A model generated the notes under the pieces. It was not told the DNA's origin. It made no database searches and saw only the letters and a program-made list of their open reading frames with translations. The position numbers and the translations under genes are program-made. A DNA stretch of 62,056 nucleotides, the filler included, from Rhabdomonas costata (lineage: Eukaryota): assembly GCA_019059605.1 (NCBI GenBank). It is 25 parts of 25 records of this genome, joined end to end, with 100 filler letters (N's around TTAATTAATTAA, not from the genome) between each part and the next. Parts side by side here need not be neighbours in the genome. Positions count along the whole stretch, not along the records: positions 9,956 to 12,344 come from JAHMHO010003664.1; positions 12,445 to 14,833 come from JAHMHO010003665.1; positions 14,934 to 17,321 come from JAHMHO010003666.1; positions 17,422 to 19,806 come from JAHMHO010003667.1; positions 19,907 to 22,301 come from JAHMHO010003668.1; positions 22,402 to 24,789 come from JAHMHO010003669.1; positions 24,890 to 27,276 come from JAHMHO010003670.1; 18 more parts are not named here. One strand, 5' to 3'. Positions 12,019-24,901 of this stretch are shown here, piece by piece (positions within the stretch are counted from its first letter, which is position 1; each line of letters opens with the position of its first letter).

Positions 12019-14933
12019 GTGCGCGCAGCTTTTTGGTGCGTTAGAAAATAGAGTTTTTGGTTCCAAGCCAGCTGTTTTGTGCACCCAAACGCGCTAACTC
12101 AACATGTTAGGAGATGGGGTTACAGGTCCCCTTGCTGAAGTTTTCTTAGAAACAACGTTAGTTGGCCTTTGAAAACTCACGACAAGGGCCAGTTGCTGGT
12201 TCAGGATGTCTTAGTGCTAAGACAAGATGGGTGTGTGTGAGGACAGGCAAATTTCTCACGGAGGGACGGTTGTTCTTTGATGCCCTGATAATGCCAACAT
12301 ATTATTAAATAGATTTTCCAATTTTGATTCCAGAAAAAAACACCNNNNNNNNNNNNNNNNNNNNNNNNNNNNNNNNNNNNNNNNNNNNTTAATTAATTAA
12401 NNNNNNNNNNNNNNNNNNNNNNNNNNNNNNNNNNNNNNNNNNNNTTTTGGGCACGCCAATATATAAAAACAAATATATACAAATATATGCGCAGAGAAAA
12501 CAAATGACGTCACGACAGATTCAAAACAACAAGCGCAAGGAAAAGAACAAGAGCCACCCGCTGGTCTGATTGGCATCGACCGACACCCTGAGAATGGGGG
12601 CCCAGGGCGAAATTTTTTTGCAAAATTTTTTCGCTGAATTTTTTTCTCTACATTTTTTTTGCAGCACTGCAAGGACTCTTTCAGCAAGGAGAACGTGCGC
12701 TTTGGAGGTGGACGACGGCTGCGAATTAGCCAAAGACGAACAAGTGCTGGTGAAAAACCGCGGCAAACATACGTTCTGGTGCACAAAAAAAGGACCTGAA
12801 AAATTTCACCTTCAATTTTTTCCGCAATTTTCCCGGGGCCCCACCCTTATAAGAAGAGAAGGTGGGGAGAGGAGGGAGAGCAAACACCTTAGCAAGGTGT
12901 CTAGCTTATCCACCGGAACAGTTCCTTCCCCAGCAGAATCCAGGAAGGCCCGTGGGCTGGCCATTGATGTCCTCCCCGGAAGCGGAGAGACAAGGCCTGG
13001 GACAAGATAGTAACCGGCGGGACAAGGAAAAGCGGAGTGCAGAAAAAAAAAGAAGTGGGTCACGGTATGCACGAACGGCGCGAAAGGTGAAAGGAAAAAA
13101 GAAAAGGCAAGCGAATGAGCAGGTAGAGAAAGAGTGGAGGCCACAGAAGCAGGGATGAGAGTAAAACCTGACCACAGAAATCAGTAAACAGGGAAACAAG
13201 CGGAGAAAAAGACGGCAGAACAAAAAGAAACAAGGGCAACGTATCATTGTGAAAGAGCACAGTTTCATCCCAGGAATACCTTTGACTGTGGATGAATGGT
13301 GGTAAAAAGCGGTGAACTTCTCAATACCCAGCCACAGCATCGTTCACGATTTGCTCACAAAGGTACTCTGCACGGTCCGCACACGGCCAGACTTGCCCTG
13401 GCCAGCGCAAGGAGACTCTCTCTAGGTAGAAGTACTGTATCACAGGTTTGGAAGAGATGGGTTGTTGGCATATCACACACTTCCAATCTGAAAAATTTGG
13501 ACAACAACACCCGAGCCCTTGTGAGCGTTGATCACGCATGAATACTGAAGTCCTATTCGTGCTCAAAACAAGATTGAAGAATGATTACTGAAAAGGGTTT
13601 GCTGTGGCGGAAGGTGTGTCCCATGGATCCCTCCAACCAATTTTCGATCGATGAGTATCAGAATTTCATTTCCAAATCAAACAACCGGCTTGTCACTCCT
13701 CCGGCTTCGAGCTTGTGTGCCCTATGTGCAGCGCAACAAACGCAAAACAATGGACACAAAAAAAGACGCAACAAGAAGCAGAAAAAGAAGCACCGAGCGG
13801 CCTCTTAAGAAAGGCGCACGGAGCTTCGAGAATAAGTGCTGCATATTTACAAAAACGCTAAAATCTCATAAACTGTACATGGATTTGAATCCCGGGGGAT
13901 AGGGACAGAGAGTGAACTGAAGAACACCTGTCGCTGTGACCGGAACTTGCCGTCACAAAACGCAAGCACGCAACTCACCCATACACAGACAAGGCGCCCA
14001 ACAGAAGAGTCGTGCTGTGGAAAAACCTTCCAGATACCCAGTAACCCCCACACTAAATACAGTACCGAAGAGCACATTGAAGAAGTTCGCCCTCCTCGTC
14101 AACACTCAAAGGTGTGAACACAGAATGAGCCTGTACTCAGGGGTGCCCACGGCATTGTACTGACCCCACACGCTTGTACAACCTGCCAAGCTCGAGACCT
14201 CGGAAACCGGGGCCCCGCGGGGAAGTAGGTGCAGGGAGGGGGGGGCATCCGGAGCGTGCTACGGATGGATATCGAAAAAGCTTCTGAGGCAGTGCTGCGG
14301 GTTTCCTTTCAAGGACGAGTTCAGCTACACACTGGGGCAATCCGGGCACACCTGCACGGTAAAGTGACGCCAGACGACGCAAGCCAGGTGAAGTTGTTTG
14401 GTCCCGACAAATCACAGCAGGAGCTAGACAGACCTACTTTCCATAACTGTCCCCAAACTGCCATTGGCACAATTCCAACAATTCTGACAACAAGTCTTCT
14501 GAGAAAACATGAAAACTCTTTGCTCTGGTCCTTTCCACAAGAAACCCGCACTTCACACAAAAAATCAGCTTTTGGAACTTGGGGCACTGCCGGTGTGTCA
14601 ATTAACATGAATCCTCTTTTCCTCCTTTTGCCAGGCCAGCAACACACAAAAGTGCCCCATGTAAGGCAGCCGCAACCAAAGCATTCCGGCTCATCCCGGT
14701 GCCAGCATAAAGGACTCCCGAGCTCTCTAGCTACGTTGTGCAACAGGCCCAGTGCGGAGGCCTGCAAAAGGTCCAAAATGGGTACTCCACGCGCTTGGAA
14801 AGGCAGCCAAGTCGGAAAAAAAAAAACCCCAACNNNNNNNNNNNNNNNNNNNNNNNNNNNNNNNNNNNNNNNNNNNNTTAATTAATTAANNNNNNNNNNN
14901 NNNNNNNNNNNNNNNNNNNNNNNNNNNNNNNNN

Positions 14934-16565
14934 GTTGTTGGGGCAGAGGTGGGAGGGCATCATGGCCTGCCGGGCGGCCTTGCGGGCCCGGTGCTGCTTC
15001 AGCATAGCCTGCACCTTCCGCTGCCGTGGGTCCTTCCGCAGCCGGTCGTCCGGGAAGAAACACCTTTGGGTGCGCGCGTGGGGGTTTGTGAAATGTCCTC
15101 CCGGGTAAAAGAAACTTCCCTTGAAGAAAATGAGATGTTTGTGGCAGTTTCTGCACCAACACAGAGAAACTAAGGTACGGGGGGGGTACTCTGGGCTGGG
15201 GAGTGAACATGCGCACACCACCACAGCAGGAAGCACAGCAGCCAGGGACCTAAGGCCATAGGGCGAAACTAACACTCGTCTGCAAAACAGGGGCGTACTT
15301 TTGCGCCGTCACCGCTCCAGCACATACCAATAATAAAACTCTCTTTTCTGCCATAATAGCAAAAAGGGCTAGAGGGCTAAGCCGACGGAGGCCTTTTGTA
15401 TATACAACAGGCCTACCGATAGTGTGAATTTCGTTTGGAAACCAGATACCCCGCCAAATTCACCGCACGCAAGACCCAAGCAACACCGGTGACAGTAAAA
15501 CCATCCCTTTTCTGTCCAGTCCCGTGCCTGAAGGAAAGAGGAGCGGAAACGTCAATGCCCACGACGCACAAGCACACACCGCGAGACAGCGCTTCCCACC
15601 ACCACTGCCAGCAGCATGGCCAGGCACAGCCCTGAGGTCCCGCACAGCGCGCAAACCACTAGGGTGAAGGCCTTCTTGCTGGGTAGGTACAGCCGGTCCA
15701 CCACAAAGCTGTCCGGGTGTCCGTCCACGTAGTAGCACGCGAAGGACGCGCAGCTTGCGCAGCATTGGCAGTCCGGCACGTTGGAATCCTCCAGTTGCTG
15801 CACGTACACAACGGAGAATCTTAAAATCCAAAACAAAAAACCTCGCTCTACCCGTGCAGGTGCGGTTCTGTCTCAATCCAATGCAAAGTTATCGAAGAAT
15901 CCAGGATGAATGCAAAATGAAGGCACCTGGTGGGTTGTGAAGGTCAGCTGCCCGGACACCCAAATCAGGGTGGCAGTGGAGGCGGTGGCTGGGGAGGCCG
16001 CGGTAGCGGTATTGTTGGTCACGTTGGTGGAGCTCCGGTTAGAGCCCGAGGCGGAAACGGTGGGGAAGGTGGTGCCCGAGGCCAAGGTGGTCGCAGAGGT
16101 GGCGTTGGGGGGGCCCAGGTGGTAGCTCCTCACTTGGGCCGTGCACGTGCCGTCGACCCACTGGGCTTTGACACATATGCACTGGCTGTCAATCACATCC
16201 TGAGAAGCGGGAAGGTGGTGGGGGTGCCAGAGAGGCCGAACACCTTCTGTCTGTCTGTTTGTCTCTATTTCCCACTCAATCAATACTCAACCACTGAAGC
16301 GTTAGAAACCAAAGGTGGTGTGGAATTTGATCCGTGTAAAAAAATTCGAACGCTTCCACCAAAGCGTGGGCATTCCCAGCTGAAGCATGAATAGATTTAT
16401 CCCATGCTCCCAGTGCAAAAGCCAGCTCCCCCCTCCGCCGATCCGGAGCCAGACCCCAGTGAGGTCAGAGATGTACTGCATGGCGAAGTACACGGCGCCG
16501 TAGAAAAGCGCCCCCGCGGCTGCGACGAAGAACAGCCTCACCAGGGCATCCACGACGGAGGACAT
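14934..16565 (-). CDS. Two-TM protein with Cys-rich, Ser/Thr-rich loop (exons 16565-16455, 16199-15960, 15797-15580, 15063 to contig end)
   Basis: Four exons with GT-AG junctions whose phases (0, 0, 2) join into one frame; hydrophobic segments LFFVAAAGALFYGAVYFAM and LCGTSGLCLAMLLAVVVG; basic C-terminal tail. Confidence 0.72.
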
Positions 16566-19500
16566 TTCGCACACGAGTTAGGCAATAAGAATGCAAGTCA
16601 CGCAAGACACACAAAAAATGCACACGGGATCGCAAAAGACGAGAAAACTGAGGAAAACAAGGAAGGGACCACTGACCACTTTCTCCACTGGAATCAATCT
16701 AGGTCCAAAACATGCGGCCTTTCTCTGGTTCAGAACGTGGCAGGTGACCGCAGGAGGTTCTTCCCCTTCCTTTCGTTCGTCCTTCCTGGGGATGGGTGGG
16801 GTCGGTATGCATCCGTTTCCCGAACGCTCAAATGGAAAAGATACGGGGCAGGAGCGTGTAGCATTGGCGGTCAACGTCGTTGCTTTGGACGAGCTTGGGC
16901 AAAGCAGAAGACGAATTGCACAAGACCAAGACAGAAGGCAGGGAAGACATTGCTATACCAACTCGTCACCTACCCGCTTCATGAAGTGCATCATGGAAGC
17001 AATACAAAACGTCATCCGAATATATGATGAAGAAAGGGAATACCATCTCGGACAGTGTACAAAAGGAAAAGTCAAAAGAATATCGCGCATTGCCTTCAGG
17101 ATATTACTTCAGAGAGCTTCGCAATTCCCACCAGCATCACCACCTTCCTGTTTATTTATTTGCACGATCAATCAGCGAAATTTCGAAGTACCCGCTTTGC
17201 AGGCAGACAACATGGCCCACCAAACACATGGAAGGGCCTTGCCCGCAAAATAAGAATAAGGGCAGCTGCTCCTCTGCCCCATGCCCCAAAGCAGAAGCGG
17301 GGCACGGCAGGGACCGCACCGNNNNNNNNNNNNNNNNNNNNNNNNNNNNNNNNNNNNNNNNNNNNTTAATTAATTAANNNNNNNNNNNNNNNNNNNNNNN
17401 NNNNNNNNNNNNNNNNNNNNNTGTGTTGGGTGAGTTTAGTGGGGGAGGGAGTGCGTCGAGTGCCTGGGACAAAATGGTGTGGTGTGCCAAGCAAATGACC
17501 GTCGTCCAAAAACCAAACTCCCCAGCTCACGAAATGCCGAGCCAACTCCACTTCCGAGAGTGTTCCGACAGAGAAGAGGGCAGGTCCAAGTGGGTCGCCC
17601 TGCTGGACGCCCTGTGCAGAAGAAATGATGCCGTGTGCTGTGAAGAGGGGTGTCGGGGAGGCATAGCACCAATCTGCCCAATAATGAGCATTTTATGATC
17701 GTTTTAGGTCAAATTGACTCTTTCTGGGGGGCCTCCTGGAGACTTAACAAGCGAGCAAGGGAGGGCGTGGTTCAAGAAGAAATTTCAGGGGAAGGATGTA
17801 CCTTAGGGTCCAAAAGAGCCCTAGGGCAAGGAGTTTCAGAAAATTTCGGAATTATTTGCCATTTTCTACTATGGAGAGGATCCTTTTTAAAATTAGTTTC
17901 TGTCGTTTCTGAGTTAGGTATACTTCCGTAGGTCGGAAAAGCACCATCCCACGCATGACCAATGCCCCAACCATACTACAATTTGTTCATATAAAAAGTA
18001 CACATCATTTGAACTCCTGTCACTGCATTTCAAAAGGAATACTTTTCCGTGGTCCAGTATGCACTGGAGACACGTAACTTTGTATCCAATATTCCGTCAA
18101 AACAACCCACTCGAACCATTGTGCACACCATTAATTTAAAATTTTTCTAGACCTAATGCCTGGCACTGGTGGGCAGACAGTGAACACTAAACAAACGAAT
18201 ACACCAAAAACTGAAATGGCCCCTCAAACGTGTGACAAATCCGGGCATTGCTGGCGAACCACAGTCCACACTAACCAAAATCAATCGAAATCAATCAAAA
18301 AGAGGCCACTCTATGGTTTAAATCCGCACTGCCTTCAAAACCTCTCAACAGCCACGGGTCCGCAGAGAATAAACGCAACAGAAGCGTCCTGAGTTCCGCA
18401 CAAGGGGATGGTGCTGGCATCAAGAAACACGGCCATTCACATGGCACTAATGTTGAAGGTCAGAAACAGAAGGGGCAAACGGGCACAACGAAGTGAGTAT
18501 TCAGGGAAAAGAGCGAGAAAAGGTCACGTGACAAGCAGAACACAGTGGCCTGCGGGATGGTAGGGGAAGCCCTGGTACGTACTGTGCGGTATCCTAAGGA
18601 CAAAGAGACTCTGCCGGGGTAACGGGGTTCTAAACCAAAAAACACACAACCCTTCCACCCCTCCCTCCCTCTCTCCTTTCCACAGACCCACTTGAGCAAC
18701 AAGATACACAAGCCTACCCAGCGACACATTTCCACGTCTGCACAGGACGAGCATTCAGGATGAGGGGGAGGGTCCATCCCAAAGGATGACATCCTGGCAA
18801 CAGAACAAAAAGAGCGAAAAGCGCTGGTACAAGCGGAAACCTGAGGCGCCATTACCGCAAGGTTACTGCAGCACAAACCGGCCGAAAAAAGGCAGAGGGC
18901 CGACGCGAAAATCAAATCAAATTCCGTTTGTCCTACCTCTCCATGGCCCAGCACTCCCTGCAGCACATCCTCTTCCTTCGTTTCGATTACGCACTGCAGT
19001 GCACCATGGTGCAGAAAGGTATCCGGTAGTGCTTGAGTGGAGGAAAACTGAGGCACGGTGAAAGATCACACAAGAAAGAGATGCGAGGAGGTTGGGAGGA
19101 AGGAGGAGGGCGCTGGGAGGCAGGACAAGGTTGCTCGGGAAAGCCACTCTGTGGAAGCTGACAGAGAAGGGAAGCCTCAGACGAGCTCCCAACTCCCTCA
19201 AAGCAAGACGAAAGAACACATGAGACAGAGGCTGAAGGCGAACCAAAAAACCTGATCAAACGCTCACTCTACACAGTGCTGACGAATGACGACTGCGGTG
19301 GTTATCGGTTCACCAGTGCACGTTGCGAGAAAAAGGAGCCAGGGACAGCAAAGGAAAGAGAAAGTAAAAGAGAAAACCTGATGTAAACGAAGTCTGTCTT
19401 TATGTCATGCATTTGAACAGAGCATATTTACATTCTGAAAAAAAACGTATGCATAAGAGAACGTAATGGGTCAAGCAGAGCAACAGCACCCTGCCCGTCT

Positions 19501-20000
19501 CCCGGAAGACCTCGGGGGGGTTGCGCAGTGTGCCTGCGGAGTGCTTTTGAAGAGCCTCGGCAAAGGAAAAAAAACTATGTACAGCGCGAAAAAAAAACCA
19601 GCGGAAAAAGAGCCTGGAATTCCCATGTCATCCACACTGTCCTTCTCTATCTCTTTCCTTGCCGTTCCAAATCCCTGAAGAGCTCGCTCGAAGTACGACC
19701 ATTCAGTCGTCACCATTGCACATCAAGGCACGGGAGCCTTTAAACAAATTGTAAAACAAACTAAACGAGGAAAGAATGAGAGGAAGACGACCGAGAGCAA
19801 GGAGATNNNNNNNNNNNNNNNNNNNNNNNNNNNNNNNNNNNNNNNNNNNNTTAATTAATTAANNNNNNNNNNNNNNNNNNNNNNNNNNNNNNNNNNNNNN
19901 NNNNNNGGTGTGAGTTTTCGATTTTCTGGCGTGTAGGAGTGGAGAACTTTCCCTTTCCCCTTTATCCCTTCACCGATGAAGAAGGCCAATGGGGATGTAT

Positions 20001-20080
20001 GGGTGAGTGAGCGGTGGCAGCGGTGAGTCAATGGGTGAGTGAGTGGGTGAGTGAGTGCGAGTGTGAGTGAGAGTGAGTGC
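20001..20080 (+). repeat. Degenerate (GTGA)n microsatellite; similar tract near 60532-60568
   Basis: Repeated gtgagtgagtg units. Confidence 0.7.
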
Positions 20081-20569
20081 ATCATGTTTTGTGCGTTTCT
20101 GTGTCAAGTTTTGCATTAACAGTGCCCAATAGCGCGAATGTACAGCAAAGATCCCCCAAGGACCTCCTGGAACGGGGGGCGGGAAAAGATCGGCTTAACG
20201 ATTCCACACCATTGCCTCGCGTCCGCTGGAAGCCCCTGCGTAGTGGGCCCACGAGGCTGGAAGGGATGGCCTGGTGCCGTTGCTGCTGCTGTTGCAGCAG
20301 ACGAAGCTGCTCCATGGTCTGCTCCCGTCGCCGAAGCATCTCTTCGTACAACGCCAACTGAGGAGAGGGCTGCTGCTGCCGCAAGGGCTGGTCGGGCGAT
20401 CCCGAAGTCCGGCCAGGGAAACTCACCCCAGCCGGAAGTGACCCCTGTGAAATGTGAAGCCCGCCATCCTAAAGCCGCAGGGCAGGGATGGCCTTTTCAA
20501 CAAAATTAGCCCGCTTGAACGGCTGGGGCCTTTTCTCGTGGGAACGACCCTTGGGGCCTCTCTTTCGCA

Positions 20570-20738
20570 TGGGTGAACGGGCAGCACCGGTATCTACAGC
20601 CGTTGCCCTGCCAGCACATCACTCTATAGCTGCGCTGGGGGCTATTCCTACCCTCTTCCGCTGAACCTCCTGTACCTCGGGGTTGTCTAGCTGACTCCTT
20701 GCCCTGGTGCGTCTGCGAGTACTGTGGATTCCCGTTGG
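20570..20738 (-). repeat. Dispersed repeat copy 1, encoding a CCCH zinc-finger segment; flanking frame looks disrupted
   Basis: Aligns by eye with 44780-44947; reads YSQTHQGKESARQPRGTGGSAEEGRNSPQRSYRVMCWQGNGCRYRCCPFTH. Confidence 0.8.
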
Positions 20739-22690
20739 TGGTAGCAAAAGGACTCTGATTTCTTGCGATGGTCGATGGTCCGCTTGTGCCTCTGCGGACT
20801 GGGTTCGTCTCTACGTGGGTTCGTTCTAGGTGCTCCTCCCTTGGGTTCACGTGGTGTATGCGTGTGTGTGTGTGTGTGTGTGTGTGGCAAAACCCAAACG
20901 CCGCCGAATGAGGGCTGCGCCGCAGTGGCGGAGGGGTCGGCGACGGCCAAGGGCTTCCTGCATACGAACGGGAGCCGCTTGGAACCCTCTGCCCATCTCA
21001 GCTGCAGCACCCTTGCGGAAACCTCCACGTGCCTTTTTGTTATTTTGTTAAGGAGGCACAAACACCGAAGAGGGACCAGGGCAACCCGACCCATGTTTCA
21101 TGACGCGAACTTGATGAATTTTTCTCGGCACACTTTTTGTTCTTCGGTAAAAAAAATTTCTAACAACTAATCAGGGGCATTTCTGTTGCATGATCGGAAA
21201 ATGAAAAACAGTGTGAGGGCAGAAACAAGCACAAGACCAGGATCGTGTTTCCACACAGACGTTTCGGTCGGCACGAAAGGGGGCTCCCAGGGGGCCACAT
21301 TTCATAAGGTTTACGCAGGAATCTTTTTTCTTTGCATCGCAGCTCTAAACGGAGTGAAACGCGGGCCGATTACGGAGATGCTGATCTCATTTGCTCTTTT
21401 TGGCATCGAGGGAGCAGGAGCTGCCACAGTCAATAGAGAGCACATGTCATGATGCCACCGACGAAGAAAGTAGCCGATAAACCGACGTGGTAGTCAGCAG
21501 AGAGGGCTCTTGGATGGGTGTGCCCGGCATTACTGGTGTCGGGGACCGATGATGCCCATGCACTCTGTTGGAATACGGTGAACGGTCCACCGAACGCAGA
21601 CTCGTTACACATAACGAGAGAGTGATTGTCGGTCAAAGAGTACGTAATACTCCTCCACGAAATGAAAAAAACAGCGATGCTTGGTGGGGAGAGGGGTGGA
21701 CAGACCCACACGGGTGGTCCGGTTCTGGGGGACTCACCGGGATAATCCCTGTGGTGAAGGGCGAGCCGTCGATCCAGCGCATCGGAGCTGCCCCGACAAC
21801 AAAGCATATATCCCCCACACAAACATGAGACTGGTTTCTGGGGTGTAGCAAATAAGGCACAAAGGCGGGGCATGTGCGGTGTGTTTAATATCATGCACGA
21901 TGTGTCGTGAAACCCGAGGCACGTGAAGTGCTTATTGGGCTCCGCACGGATTTCACAAATCCCACACACACAACTGCGGCAAGCGCTTGCTAAAACCGCT
22001 CCCACTCACACACTTCTACTCTAGTAGCTTCAGGAACTCCGCCCCACTTGCAACTGCTTCAGTGTCTTCATTCCCCCATATGTCACGTGCCCGCACTTCC
22101 GCGAAAAGAAAAAGAGAAAGGTCGAAACCTAACTCATACCGCGGCAGAATATTCAGAAATGGGCTCGTGCTGCGGAGAGCAATCTGGTGCATTTCGCAAG
22201 GTCTAAAAGCAGATCCGGGACGACCTGTTCTGTACAACACACATTGCACGGTGGCACAAGCCTCTGCCCTCGTAACATTCAGCGATGACCCCCCAAAACC
22301 CNNNNNNNNNNNNNNNNNNNNNNNNNNNNNNNNNNNNNNNNNNNNTTAATTAATTAANNNNNNNNNNNNNNNNNNNNNNNNNNNNNNNNNNNNNNNNNNN
22401 NATTTGCTATTTTTATTGAAACGTCGTATACCCTTGCTAAGCCCAAAGGAAAGTTTTGGGGTCGGGGGTCTGAGGTGCCTGCTACTGTTCCATGAAACCT
22501 GTGAAACGTGGCCCGACTGGTAGATGAATTTTTCCCCTTCCCTTCCGTGTGTCTGCGTGGTGAACCGGTGAAGCGGAGATTTCGAGAATCCTTATACGAG
22601 CACCCAGTCAGCGTACGTTGAATGTCGGGGACGATTTTTCATGCATTCATGCCACTGCCTTCTTTCAGCCCACTGTGTACATAATTTCAG

Positions 22691-24066
22691 GCTGAATTCC
22701 CGGGGCTCTCGTTGATCAACGCCTCCCTTGGGCTTCACCTGGCGCAGTTCCTGGTGCTCAGCGGGTCAACGTGGTACTCCGCCACGGCGGCGGTGTACGT
22801 CCTGGCCTCGCCCGTGGTGGGGCTGGGCTTCGCAGTGGCCTTCCCGTCCTTCCAGACCAACCGCGACTTAATGCCGTACCCTCCCCAGGTGCAGGCCGTC
22901 GACTGCGCGGGGAACCGCGTGCCCACGGCGAACGGCACCGTCACCGTGAGCTTCTACTCTAAGGTCAGATGAAGTGGTGGAAATGGAATGGTACGGTAAC
23001 GGTGAAAACGAAAGCCTAAGGGAGAAGGGGCATGGAAAACGTTCTAACCTCCGAGATATCTATGGTGGCCTATCTTGGGTGGAGCTGGTGGATAAGTTTC
23101 CTCCTGGGCAACGTTTCGGGAGGCCTGTTGTATATACAAAAGACCCCAGGCCTGCTTCGGCTTAGCCCTCTTCACCGCCAAAATTTTCCTCCTGGATTGG
23201 TGTTGCAGACCTTTGCCAACGATTGGCTTGTTCACAGCCGCACAAAATTAACTTACCCAACGTTCTACTGCCGTGGCCGAGGGGTCATCAGATGTCGTAA
23301 ACACCTGCCGGTGCCCAGGATTTACCACCTTGCTTGCCTAAACCTCCCCCACCCCCGGCCCAGAGGAAGGGGCGCTGGTGTATAGTGTTCATTGGGGAAC
23401 GTGGGGCCGTTGTCTGAAATCACGCCGCTCGTGGCTCCATCTCGCTGGCTCTATCAAGCTCCGGCCGAACTAGGCGGCGGCTGGCCTTCGCTCCTGTATT
23501 TTTGTCCTACTTATGGGCCAGAGCCCAAAAAGATGAGTCCCCGCGAACAGTCACAGCCAAGGAGAAAGGCAAGGGAAAGACAGATTAAATCCTTTTTTGA
23601 TCTATCGTTCTACAACCGTGTAACGCCGTAATACGTTTCAACGCCCCCCCCCTCTCCCTTAAGCGAGACCGCCTTTCTGAAGTTTACGATTTTTTTTGGT
23701 ATTTCAACACTCCTCCAATGAAACCAACCTGCACGTAACACCACATAATGAGGAGCGTCATGCGGAGTCAGTTTCTGTGCTCGGTCGTCCACACGCCCCA
23801 TTGCACTTTGCCTCTCCCCCCACCACCCGCAGAGCACAGGGGTTTTCATAGAGGCCGGCACCCCCGTGGGGATGGTGTACGGGTTGGCGACCTTCACGAC
23901 CCTGCGGTGTGTGAAGTGCAGCACCACTCCGGGGCAGTTCTTCAGGGCTGTGTTCAGCTGGGCAGGCTACTCGCTGTCCTCTCCGTGGTTCAACCTCACT
24001 GCCTGCCCCGCCACGAACAACCTGGTGGAGTCCCTAAGCCCAAGCTACGGCGACCTGAACGCCCAG
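22691..24066 (+). CDS. Extracellular Ig-like/IPT-repeat protein, internal exons 22691-22963 and 23833-24066
   Basis: Phase-0 GT-AG exons joining in frame; PPQVQAVDCAGNRV..GTVTV...GLATFTTL (Ig-like repeat pattern) then VESLSPSYG (IPT/TIG-like start). Confidence 0.6.
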
Positions 24067-24901
24067 GTCAGCACATAGCCGTAAAAGGACACACGCAATC
24101 ATGATCGCAATGTCCGAGGCAGAATGTCTTGCGGTGGGCAGAAGCTGTAAGGCGAAGGTGGGTGCCCCTATAGTGTGGTACCAACAGTACCCATTCGTCC
24201 ACGAGCGTGGAGCTCTTGGAAATTATGATATGATTCATTTTAAAGGAAGCGAGTTCTGACACTGACGTGCCACGAGAAAGGAAAGAAGCCACTTACCAAG
24301 AAGGAACCAACACCAATAACGTTTTTGTACACCTTTTTGTTATTTTGCCCGAAAAGTTCATTTTTAATGAACAAAAGACCCAGGCCTGCTTCGCCCTTCT
24401 GGAAAGCAAATTTGTGACCATTTTCAAGTTTATTTGTAAAGTGAAGGAAACAATAGTAGTGAGGAAGCCCCAGGTGAGAGGAGATTAGCGTAAGAGGGTG
24501 TGCGAAGGAGGCAGCGGCGCGCATCTTTACAGTGATGGCACGGCCGAAGGAACACCCAGCGGTGTGTTTGAAGAACAGAAGGCACTAGCCAACCAAGGTA
24601 GGAAGATGGAGACTCAGGACCTCAAAGAGATTTGGGCAGCAACGGAACAGTGGAGACAGCCGTTGCAGGAAATAGTGCTTGACACTGAACTCTCTTCTGG
24701 TCACTGGCTCAGACGTCGTTCAAGATAAATAGCAGTCCCGAAGGGAGTGACCAACTTGAAGATGGGCCCCAAACGAACCCCCCAACCACNNNNNNNNNNN
24801 NNNNNNNNNNNNNNNNNNNNNNNNNNNNNNNNNTTAATTAATTAANNNNNNNNNNNNNNNNNNNNNNNNNNNNNNNNNNNNNNNNNNNNGGGTTTGGGGG
24901 T

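Noticed and set aside
17422-19806. Scattered AG/GT-bounded exon-like pieces (also at 8240-8990, 12665-14390, 43280-44360, 49890-51010)
   Set aside because: Probably partly coding, but no consistent frame or family could be established by eye.
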